The notes beneath the pieces were generated by a model. That model saw nothing but the letters and a program-made list of their open reading frames with translations, did no database searches and was not told where the DNA came from. From an uncultured Bacilli bacterium (GTDB taxonomy: Bacteria; Bacillota_I; Bacilli_A; RF39; UBA660): a stretch of DNA of 64,000 bases. The translations under genes were made by a program, and so were the position numbers. Shown here piece after piece: positions 9,884 through 18,343 of the stretch. How positions within the stretch are numbered: the stretch's first letter is position 1; the number at the start of each line of letters is the position of its first letter. Where the stretch lies: assembly GCA_934096295.1 (NCBI GenBank), contig CAKOLL010000004.1, forward strand, positions 48,258 to 112,257, written 5' to 3'.

Positions 9884-10927
9884 TTATTTTTTCTTATGTT
9901 CAAATAATATATCTGTTCGTAGTATAACAAATAACAATAAAATCATTAATACAACGTAAATTGCAATAGCAATTTGATTATCACCTAAAACATATAAAAT
10001 AGAAACTGTTGCAAACGTGATGTCAATAGCATATATAATTAATATACTAGCAACTGGACTATATTTCATTTTTAATAATTGATGATGAAAATGTTCTTTG
10101 TCAGCCTCTGCAATACTTTGACCTTTTAATAATCTCCTTAAAATTGCAAATAATGTATCAAAAATTGGAATGGCTAATACTACAATTGGTACTACTAAAG
10201 ATGTAAAAGTTGTAACTTTATATCCTAATAAAGCTATAACAGATATCATAAATCCTAAAAATAAACTTCCCGTATCCCCCATAAAAATTTTTGCGGGTGG
10301 AAAGTTATGAAACAAAAATCCTAATGTTGCCCCTAGCATTATTAACGATAATATAATGTCTATTCCCCCTATTTTATTAGTTATTAAAGCTATTATGGCA
10401 ATTGTTAAAAAATAAATAGCACTTATTCCACTTGATAGACCATCCAAACCATCAATTAAGTTTATAGCATTTGTAATTGCCACTATAAAAAATATTGCTA
10501 AAATATTATTTATAATCATAGGAAAATGAAAAGATAATCCAAAGACTGTTAATTCTGAGAATCCTAATTTACCATATATAACTACAATTGATGCCGCAAC
10601 AATTTGAACTAAAAATTTATATTTGGCAGGGACAGAATTAATATCATCAAATATTCCTACAATAATAAGCAAAAAACTTCCTATTAAAATTGAAATCATT
10701 TGAGTACTAATTTGACCATAAAGTATGTAACCAAACAAAAATGCAATATAAATTGCTAATCCACCGAGTCTTGGTATAGGAACTTTGTGAACTTTTCTAG
10801 CATTTGGTATATCCATGGCTCCGATATGTTGTGCTATCTTTTTTACTATAGGAACAAGTAAAACACTAACTAAAAAAGTCACAAACACTATTAAAAAAAC
10901 ATTATGATTATTAACCATTAAATTCAT
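9884..10927 (-). CDS. tagO: MraY/WecA-family undecaprenyl-phosphate sugar-1-phosphate transferase (TagO-type)
   Basis: MDIPNARKVHKVPIPRLGGLAIY, NAINLIDGLDGL and FMGDTGSLFLGF are hallmarks of the family. It has about 11 TM spans. Confidence 0.8.
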   Translation of the reverse strand: MNLMVNNHNVFLIVFVTFLVSVLLVPIVKKIAQHIGAMDIPNARKVHKVPIPRLGGLAIYIAFLFGYILYGQISTQMISILIGSFLLIIVGIFDDINSVPAKYKFLVQIVAASIVVIYGKLGFSELTVFGLSFHFPMIINNILAIFFIVAITNAINLIDGLDGLSSGISAIYFLTIAIIALITNKIGGIDIILSLIMLGATLGFLFHNFPPAKIFMGDTGSLFLGFMISVIALLGYKVTTFTSLVVPIVVLAIPIFDTLFAILRRLLKGQSIAEADKEHFHHQLLKMKYSPVASILIIYAIDITFATVSILYVLGDNQIAIAIYVVLMILLLFVILRTDILFEHKKK

Positions 10928-11027
10928 ATAACTTACTCCTTTTTATTTATTATAACCTAAATTTTTATAAAATAAAAGACATTAAGTAAATTTTATAAGG
11001 TAACAAATTACTTAATATCTTGATAAA

Positions 11028-13337
11028 TTATTTATTTAAATTATTAGCCCAATAATAATTCACTATTTTAAATTCATTTATATAATCTTTATTTACACTT
11101 TCTTTAGTTGAAACATATTTATTATTTTCTTTATAATAAATATCATTAATTACATTAATATTCTTTTTTAAGTCACTGGTATATTGTAAATATTCATTTC
11201 CTTTTAGACCAACATATTCAAAAAATTCGTTCATAAGATAATTTGGGCTTATTGTCTCTAATTTTCCTTTAAAACTTTTGTTAAACACTTTTTTGGCACT
11301 GTCATTTGCATGAATAACATATGGTATAGAATAATAGTTCTCAAATCCTTCTTGTGTTGTCAAATCTAAATTTATTCCTAGTTCATTGTATACATAACCA
11401 TTTTCACCTAGATATGGATTATGATCTCCAAAAAATATAATAATAGTAGGTTCTTCATAATTATCAATATATTTTACCAAATCATAAAGGGCGTCATTTG
11501 TACTTTTAATTCCAGCTAAATAGTTATTTAAAATATTATATCCTTGTTCTGAATAGCCATTATTTTTAACATATTCTTTTTCAGGTGTTAAATTTGAGTA
11601 AGGGCCATGATTTTGATAAGTAACCGTGAAATTAAAGTAATGATTGCTTTTATTTTTTTCTAGATCTTTTATCAATTCCTTGTAAAGATCCTTATCAGAT
11701 GCAAAACCATTCCAACTGTTATATATATTGAATCTATTTTCATAACTCCAATAATTATCAAATCCTAAATTATAGTTTCCTGTATTTCTATTATAGAACG
11801 AACCATAAATTGAATGCATCGCTTCAACAACATACCCTTGTTCTTTAAAATATCTTGGATATGAATTGGTTGGTTTTCTAAAGGTTGGAAAATCATAGTA
11901 TCCAGTTAAGAAATGTCTTTCTGTGCTGATTGTTCCACCTCCAAAGATATCCACAATTATGTTTCCATATAGTGAGTCTTTTTCTATTTCATGAAGTTTG
12001 CCATAAACATCTTCTGTAAAATTAATTGAATCAAATTTTGAAAAATCATTATATGCTTCTAACATTAGTGCAATAATATTCACTTTTTTTTCTTCAGGAA
12101 TATTCTCATATGTGTATTTTTCAAGTATTTTTTTTGCTTCTTCTTCACTATAACCATCTGGTTCATTGTGTAATAATTCTGTACTACTATATATGAATGG
12201 ATAAATTAAGCCTCTTATTTGTGATCTTCTAGTTGCAATCCATATATTTACTGTGGTAGTATTTCCAACACTTTCATAAAGTTGAGTATCGGTGTAAACT
12301 TTTTTGTATGTTATGATGCTTATTAACATAATAAATATTGCAATAGGTATTGTAATAAACCATTTTAAATTAACTTTTTTATAATTTTTCTTTAATAAAA
12401 ATGCTATAATTATGCAAAATATAATAGATATAACCGTGTACCATCTGATTATAATGTCATACCTATTTGTCATAATTAATGCCTCTTTTAAAAGGGTAAT
12501 ATCTTCAAATTTCATTACATCATCTCTATAATATAATTTTGTTTTATTGGCTATTCCCATTAAAAAAATTATAATTGATGTGATTGAAAAGGAAATCCAT
12601 AACCTTTTGGTTAAAAATAAGAGAAAATATAATAATAACAAAATCGGAAATATATTTAATAAAAGCAATTTTGGTTCATGCAAATAATTAGAAATCATTG
12701 TGGTATCTAAATATACTGTTGTAAATTCAAATGTAATTAATAGCAGTATAAATGCTAAAAATACTGGTATTAAATATTTTATTAAAATGTTTAATATTTT
12801 TTGAGGTTTAGTATCGCAGTAATTTATATAGATATGTCCTTTTTTTATATATTTATATTTTGCATTAATTTGCATTATTTCACTATAACTATTACAAAAA
12901 TATTCGTCATATTCTTCTTGTATATTTTTTATTTTATCATTATATGAGATTAAATCTAGTTCAAAATCTTTATTTAAAGATGGCGCAATTAATTTTTCTT
13001 CTTTTAGAAATGGTTTTACTATAAAGTCTGGACTATTTGATACTATTAAATTATTTTTATTATATTGATTATTATACCAGGCTTTTATTTTCTTCTTATT
13101 CTTAATTGCAAATTCATCTACAATTAAGTTTATTTCTTTAATCTTTTTCAAATAAGTATGATATGTCTTTTTATAATACATTTCCGCTTTCAAAGAAATT
13201 AAACTTAAAATATAAAAAAATATATGTTTAAAGAAATATAAATATAACCTTTTGTTTTTTTTACAACAAAAAAAATAAAAATCTTTGTCTATGTTTCCTT
13301 GATAAATTATTTTATTGAACTTATAAACTTTTTTCAT
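11028..13337 (-). CDS. LTA-synthase/sulfatase-family membrane enzyme with an extra N-terminal domain
   Basis: The C-terminal half has sulfatase-type motifs (YGSFYNRNTG, FFGDHNPYLG), preceded by about 5 TM spans. The first ~170 aa look like a degenerate HAD-type module. Confidence 0.7.
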   Translation of the reverse strand: MKKVYKFNKIIYQGNIDKDFYFFCCKKNKRLYLYFFKHIFFYILSLISLKAEMYYKKTYHTYLKKIKEINLIVDEFAIKNKKKIKAWYNNQYNKNNLIVSNSPDFIVKPFLKEEKLIAPSLNKDFELDLISYNDKIKNIQEEYDEYFCNSYSEIMQINAKYKYIKKGHIYINYCDTKPQKILNILIKYLIPVFLAFILLLITFEFTTVYLDTTMISNYLHEPKLLLLNIFPILLLLYFLLFLTKRLWISFSITSIIIFLMGIANKTKLYYRDDVMKFEDITLLKEALIMTNRYDIIIRWYTVISIIFCIIIAFLLKKNYKKVNLKWFITIPIAIFIMLISIITYKKVYTDTQLYESVGNTTTVNIWIATRRSQIRGLIYPFIYSSTELLHNEPDGYSEEEAKKILEKYTYENIPEEKKVNIIALMLEAYNDFSKFDSINFTEDVYGKLHEIEKDSLYGNIIVDIFGGGTISTERHFLTGYYDFPTFRKPTNSYPRYFKEQGYVVEAMHSIYGSFYNRNTGNYNLGFDNYWSYENRFNIYNSWNGFASDKDLYKELIKDLEKNKSNHYFNFTVTYQNHGPYSNLTPEKEYVKNNGYSEQGYNILNNYLAGIKSTNDALYDLVKYIDNYEEPTIIIFFGDHNPYLGENGYVYNELGINLDLTTQEGFENYYSIPYVIHANDSAKKVFNKSFKGKLETISPNYLMNEFFEYVGLKGNEYLQYTSDLKKNINVINDIYYKENNKYVSTKESVNKDYINEFKIVNYYWANNLNK

Positions 13338-13577
13338 ATTAGCCTACCTGCTTGTTACATTAATTATACACTAAATTATTTATTTTGACAAATATCTATA
13401 TTTATTTTTTTACTATGTTAATATTATTTTGAAAAATAAAAAAACAAAATTGCAATTGTTATTGTTATGATTCCAAAATAGTTAAAAGAATTTTTTCTTA
13501 CTAGAAACATTATAATTATTAAAAAAATGGTTTCAACAATCAATTTTTTAGTCTACTTATAAAATTAGCCATAATTG

Positions 13578-13606
13578 TTGACAAAAGCATTTTTATATTG
13601 TAATAT
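13578..13606 (+). promoter_or_regulatory. near-consensus sigma-A promoter
   Basis: TTGACA (13578-13583), 17-nt spacer, TAATAT (13601-13606). Confidence 0.6.
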
Positions 13607-13612
13607 TAATTT

Positions 13613-13722
13613 ACCGGAGAGTAATCTCGTCAGGTCGATAGTTAGATTTTGATTATTTATAATTAAGCGTGCTTTGTGTACGCCATGCTAACTGGGATTA
13701 AGCTACTCATGTAGCTTTTTTT
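13613..13722 (+). ncRNA. unclassified ~110-nt structured small RNA
   Basis: It lies between the promoter above and the hairpin AAGCTAC-TCAT-GTAGCTT plus T7 (13700-13722). No ORF or SD lies inside or downstream. Internal pairings are GAGTA/TACTC, ATCTC/GGGAT, AGTTAG/CTAACT and GCGT/ACGC. Confidence 0.45.
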
Positions 13723-13805
13723 CATTTAATTAAATCTGAAGAACGAAAAAACGGAAATTTTCGTTCTATAAACACTATTTTGTTAAAATTTATAAATAAG
13801 CATTG

Positions 13806-14534
13806 TTAAGGAAGCATAATTTTATAATTAATAAAATTATCTAAAGCATTGTTAATATTTTCATTATTAGTTAGGGCATTTAATGCACCTCTTCGAATTG
13901 TTCCTGATATTAAATCTGCGGCTTGAACTAAATAACTTTTACCAGAATCTTGATATGAAATTTTAATATCTAAATCATTAAATATAATTGGATTATATTT
14001 ACATGCATAATTAAAATTACTTATACCATATTTAAGTTCTTCAACTAACCCATCATGTAAGTTATAATAACCATTACTTTTTGTAGTTTGTTCATCAATA
14101 TTTACTATTACTTTTAATGGTTTATCCTTATAAATATTTTGACTATCAATTTGATTGTTTATTATTTCTTTTATCATTCTTCTTAATGAATAATCTATAA
14201 ACCTTCCTTTTGCTGCTTTATTTTCGATAATGTGATTATAAACATTTTGGTTATTTATAATTAAGCCCACGATATAATACTTTTTTATATAATTCATAAT
14301 TCTTCTTTTATCACTACTTTTTATATTAGTATTTTTTATTTCTGGACATTTTTTATTACAAATACTTTTATTTTTACAATATTTACATTTTATATCATTT
14401 ATTATACTTCGATATTGTGTTATAAATTTATCTTTTTCTTTCTTAGATAAAAATACTATTCCTCCATAAACACTAATTAATTCTTTTTTTGTTAATTTGC
14501 CTGAATCATCTAAATTTATATATATTTCTTGCAT
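13806..14534 (-). CDS. DUF3800-family protein
   Basis: It has an N-terminal IYINLDDSGK and a C-terminal LVQAADLISGTIRR, the two signature motifs of DUF3800. It also has a Cys-rich insert, CKYCKNKSICNKKCPE. Confidence 0.6.
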   Translation of the reverse strand: MQEIYINLDDSGKLTKKELISVYGGIVFLSKKEKDKFITQYRSIINDIKCKYCKNKSICNKKCPEIKNTNIKSSDKRRIMNYIKKYYIVGLIINNQNVYNHIIENKAAKGRFIDYSLRRMIKEIINNQIDSQNIYKDKPLKVIVNIDEQTTKSNGYYNLHDGLVEELKYGISNFNYACKYNPIIFNDLDIKISYQDSGKSYLVQAADLISGTIRRGALNALTNNENINNALDNFINYKIMLP

Positions 14535-14623
14535 AGTACCTCCATTAATTTTAATAATTATTATAACACTATAATCTGCAAATATATATATTGTTTACAC
14601 ATATTAGACAATTAAAAACACTA

Positions 14624-15994
14624 TTATTTTTCAATAATAGTATTTTTATCTAATTTATTACTAGTTTCATTTTTTTTAGGTATCTCTTTTTCAATTGGTT
14701 TTTGTTTCTTTTTCTTTCCTGTCTTCTTTTTGGCTAACGCAATCATAATAATAATCATTAGAATAAATACTCCACTAAAACCAATAATTATATATGTATA
14801 TAGCTCTATTTTCTTATTTAAATCAGTTACATATTCATCATTATACTTTATTAAAGATTGCATTTTTTTATCATACATATAGAATCCTTTATCACCAGTT
14901 TCTACATTGATGCCATAAATAATTACATAGTCAGAGTCTTTAGTATAGTAATATCCATCTACTTTTACATCATTAATTATTATTGTATCTTTTGTGTAAC
15001 CTTTAATTTCATCATTTGATGTTAATGGATAAATAGTTATTTTATTAACACCTATTTCGTGATACTCTTGATATTCATTTTTATCCTTATTATATATATA
15101 TAATGAAATATTACCTTCTTCGTCTTTTAATCCTACCAAGAAGAGATTAGTATTATCATTTTTATAAGCTGGTATTTCAAAATCATTTATGTTAATGGTT
15201 GTTTCTGCATATAGATTTGCAGCAGGTAAATTTTCTTTGATTTTTACCACTGTATAATTTTTACCATTTACTGTTACATTAATTGGATTTTCATCTTTTA
15301 CCTCAACATTTATCACATATGTTTTTTCTGCTCCATTTTGAGCTTTAACAACAATAGAAAATTTATTAGCTCCAGGATTTACAGTTTGTGTTCCTATTCC
15401 ACTTATTGAGGCTGTCCTATCTTGAACAGTTGCATTAATACTTATCTCTTTGGTATTTTCTGGAACCACTGCAGAATATTCTAAGGTATTTGCATTAAAC
15501 TCTGGAGTAAGCGTAAATCCTTCAATTTCAATAGAACTTAAATTATTATTTTTTGAATAACTAGCCTCTAATTCAGCTTGAGTAATAATATTTATTTTTT
15601 TACTACTGCTTGATAAAGAAATTTGGCTTAAATCATCAAATGCATATGCTAAGTAGCTATCTACTGTTACTGATGTAACTCCTTTTTTTAAAGTTTTAAA
15701 TGTAAATGTGTATGTTTTACTTTTTATTCCTGTTGAACTTGATGCTGCCATACGAGTTCCGTTACTTTCAGAATTTGTACTTTTTAATTGTAAATAACTT
15801 TTGTCATAATTTAAAGACATTTCCCAACTACCTATTGATGTTTGACTTGATAAAGTTACGGTTACAGTAACATTATTTCCCACTACAACTGTTGAGGTAC
15901 TGGAAACATTAATTTTCCCACTTGCGGCATTTACTAAATTGGGAAAAGCTATTAAGCAAAGAAAACTTATTAATAGAAATTTTATTTTTTTCAT
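14624..15994 (-). CDS. membrane-anchored surface protein with cohesin-like and cadherin-like beta-sandwich domains
   Basis: It starts with a signal peptide. A cohesin-like module follows (VVVGNNVTVTVTLSSQTSIGSWEMSLNYDKSYLQL). Next comes NNNLSSIEIEGFTLTPEFNANTLEYSAVVPENT..., a cadherin-like beta-sandwich repeat. It ends with a C-terminal TM span and a basic tail. Confidence 0.6.
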   Translation of the reverse strand: MKKIKFLLISFLCLIAFPNLVNAASGKINVSSTSTVVVGNNVTVTVTLSSQTSIGSWEMSLNYDKSYLQLKSTNSESNGTRMAASSSTGIKSKTYTFTFKTLKKGVTSVTVDSYLAYAFDDLSQISLSSSSKKINIITQAELEASYSKNNNLSSIEIEGFTLTPEFNANTLEYSAVVPENTKEISINATVQDRTASISGIGTQTVNPGANKFSIVVKAQNGAEKTYVINVEVKDENPINVTVNGKNYTVVKIKENLPAANLYAETTININDFEIPAYKNDNTNLFLVGLKDEEGNISLYIYNKDKNEYQEYHEIGVNKITIYPLTSNDEIKGYTKDTIIINDVKVDGYYYTKDSDYVIIYGINVETGDKGFYMYDKKMQSLIKYNDEYVTDLNKKIELYTYIIIGFSGVFILMIIIMIALAKKKTGKKKKQKPIEKEIPKKNETSNKLDKNTIIEK

Positions 15995-16007
15995 TTAATC
16001 CTCCTTT

Positions 16008-17762
16008 TTATTGTTCAATTGCAAATGTTCCTAATATATTTTTTTGAATTTGTAATAAGTCTAGGGCATTTACTTGATTATCTTTTGATGTATCTGCGGC
16101 TTCTAAATATGCTCCGGTTAAAATATATGTTCCTAAAATGTTTTTTTGAACTTGTAATAAATCTAGAGCATTTATTACACCATCACCAGATGTATCACCT
16201 TTTATGACAATCTCTAAAGTTTCCGTTTCACTTTGATTGTTTATAATTACTTTATCTCCGGTTGCTACTACTTTTCCTGCTTTATCATTTCCTTTAGAAT
16301 CTGTAATCTTTACCGTTGCTTTTCCTCCGACTGATTCCAATGATTCTTTTAAAGTTGATGCATCTGTTCCTAGAGCAATACCTGATATATATTTTGTAGT
16401 ATATTTATATCCACTTGATGTTACTATAGTACTTATTGGAATAGTACTTGGAGTTGGAGTATCATCGCCATCATCTACAGCACCATTTCCACTATTTATG
16501 ATTGTAGCATTCATTTTGTTATACACAGGAATTTTAAAAATCAAATTTAATCCTAGTAAATTATTTTTTTCATATGCACTAAATGCACTACTTGATTCAC
16601 TCATTGCACCTGCTAAATTTGTCATATATTGATGAGTAAATAATGCTCCGGTAGCTTTGGTAGCGACATTAAACTTTTGTAAATAGCCAGTATATTGTTC
16701 TTTTAGAATGTAGCCTCCAGAAAATTGATTTATACCTCCGTTTATAGCAGTTGCAACACCTTTCCATCCAGATTTATATGCATAGTTTAATCCACAATAA
16801 GTTGTGCCATATTCTGCTACACATGAATCAGTTACCCCAAAATTAAAGAAATTAAAATAATCATAATATAAGTTTTCTAATTCAGCGTAAACGCCTTTAT
16901 ATAAATTTTCAAGAGATGTCCCTACTCCTAATTCAACACGCATTTTTGATGCTATTGCTATTGGACTTGCTTTATCAATGCTTCCCGCAATAATTAATTC
17001 TTTTAAATTATTTCCAATGCTAGTGTGATATGTATTAAATGCTGTTCCTGTTAAAATTGTTTCTACGGCATTTGGATAATTATCTTTTAAATTGACATCA
17101 TATGATTGATCTAGAAACTGAAATAAATATTTTTCAGTAAATGAATTTCTTGGATCCATGTAATATGCTACCCCAGTTTGTGAAGGAGCAATGTACCCCC
17201 CTGGTGATGTAGCTTTACAAGTTTTATCAAAAAAAGTTTCATCATATGTTTTTTCATAAATATAATTTTTTGAACATTCACTTTCCCTTTCCACTACATA
17301 CGACCAATCTAAATCTATTTTAATTGGTTGAAATGTCCATGTAGGGTGTTTTTCTTGTAAACTGCATAGACCTCCCCAATAACTTGAAGGAAATCCTGCT
17401 TCACTTAATTTTTTTTCACATTCAGTCGAAGGTGTTTCTGTATCAGTACTATAAGAGATTACTAATTCAACATCATCACTACATACATAGCCATCAACAC
17501 TGGTATAATATGTCATGTGATACCATCCGCCTTTACAACGTTTATGGTTGTTAACATCATCATATAATTTATCATCTTTTAAAATATAATAGTCATTTTT
17601 ATAAAGTAAGCCAATTCTTGTACCATCTGTTCCCCCGGGATCATTTCTAAGATTTGTTTGATTATTTAATACTTTAATTCTATATGTATAAGAACTTGCA
17701 TTTACATTTGTTATGCAAAAAAAGGATATTATAAAAATAATTATGGTTAGTATTTTTTTCAT
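16008..17762 (-). CDS. secreted cell-wall hydrolase-like protein (glucosaminidase-type) with C-terminal dockerin
   Basis: It has a signal peptide and GVAYYMDPRNSFTEKYLFQFLD, as in LytD-type glucosaminidases. The C-terminus has a duplicated Ca-binding dockerin segment: GDTSGDGVINALDLLQVQKNILG ... ADTSKDNQVNALDLLQIQKNILG. Confidence 0.65.
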   Translation of the reverse strand: MKKILTIIIFIISFFCITNVNASSYTYRIKVLNNQTNLRNDPGGTDGTRIGLLYKNDYYILKDDKLYDDVNNHKRCKGGWYHMTYYTSVDGYVCSDDVELVISYSTDTETPSTECEKKLSEAGFPSSYWGGLCSLQEKHPTWTFQPIKIDLDWSYVVERESECSKNYIYEKTYDETFFDKTCKATSPGGYIAPSQTGVAYYMDPRNSFTEKYLFQFLDQSYDVNLKDNYPNAVETILTGTAFNTYHTSIGNNLKELIIAGSIDKASPIAIASKMRVELGVGTSLENLYKGVYAELENLYYDYFNFFNFGVTDSCVAEYGTTYCGLNYAYKSGWKGVATAINGGINQFSGGYILKEQYTGYLQKFNVATKATGALFTHQYMTNLAGAMSESSSAFSAYEKNNLLGLNLIFKIPVYNKMNATIINSGNGAVDDGDDTPTPSTIPISTIVTSSGYKYTTKYISGIALGTDASTLKESLESVGGKATVKITDSKGNDKAGKVVATGDKVIINNQSETETLEIVIKGDTSGDGVINALDLLQVQKNILGTYILTGAYLEAADTSKDNQVNALDLLQIQKNILGTFAIEQ

Positions 17763-17906
17763 AATTTGACCTCCTTCTACATTATTACTTTTATTATAAC
17801 AAATTTTGTAAAATCCCTCAAATTATTTACAATTTTTCAAGTAAATATATGTAAAATTACTATTTTTTTTTAATATTTTATATTATAATATAATTAATTT
17901 GAGTGG

Positions 17907-18308
17907 GTGATTATTTTGGAAAAGAATTTTGATAGAATTGATATTATATTAATTGTTTTAATTTCATTATGTTTGTTGATTATAATTGTAGGTGTAATGT
18001 GGGTTATTTTAAGTAAGTTAGAAAAGATGGAAATCAAGAAAAAAGGATCATCAAAATTATCTTCGAATACTAAATTTGATAAGATTATTGAAGTTCCGAA
18101 AGAAACAAAAGAAACACCGAAGAAAAAAGATTCTTCAAAAAATACTGCGAAGAAGACATCAAACAAAAATAATACTAATAAAAAAACAAATTCTAATACA
18201 ACTAATAAAAAGAAGAATTCTAATACAAAGAAGAAAAGTAATAATCAAGCTAAACGAAGTAATGGTTATGTAAGTCCTAAAAAAAGGAAAAAGAAACGTA
18301 AGAAATAA
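17907..18308 (+). CDS. small single-pass membrane protein with an extremely Lys/Asn-rich tail
   Basis: One TM span (IILIVLISLCLLIIIVGVMWVIL), then a K/N/S/T low-complexity tail. The start codon is uncertain (GTG or TTG). Confidence 0.4.
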   Translation: MIILEKNFDRIDIILIVLISLCLLIIIVGVMWVILSKLEKMEIKKKGSSKLSSNTKFDKIIEVPKETKETPKKKDSSKNTAKKTSNKNNTNKKTNSNTTNKKKNSNTKKKSNNQAKRSNGYVSPKKRKKKRKK

Positions 18309-18309
18309 C

Positions 18310-18343
18310 AAAGGATTTATTGAGTTTATTCAATAAATCCTTT
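18310..18343. terminator. bidirectional hairpin between convergent genes
   Basis: AAAGGATTTATTGA (18310-18323) pairs with TTCAATAAATCCTTT (18329-18343). It overlaps the last codons of the LCP gene. Confidence 0.5.

Noticed and set aside
13430-13512. Minus-strand 27-codon hydrophobic ORF (MFLVRKNSFNYFGIITITIAILFFYFSK) near the orphan sRNA, possibly a second type I toxin.
   Set aside because: There is no Shine-Dalgarno sequence or recognisable promoter. It does not overlap the sRNA, and I found no obvious complementarity to it. It is probably chance in AT-rich DNA.
13613-13722. The small RNA might be the SRP (4.5S/scRNA) RNA, because it contains GUCAGGUC.
   Set aside because: The invariant domain IV continuation (GNAR tetraloop followed by GGAAGCAGC-like sequence) is absent, so I leave it unclassified.
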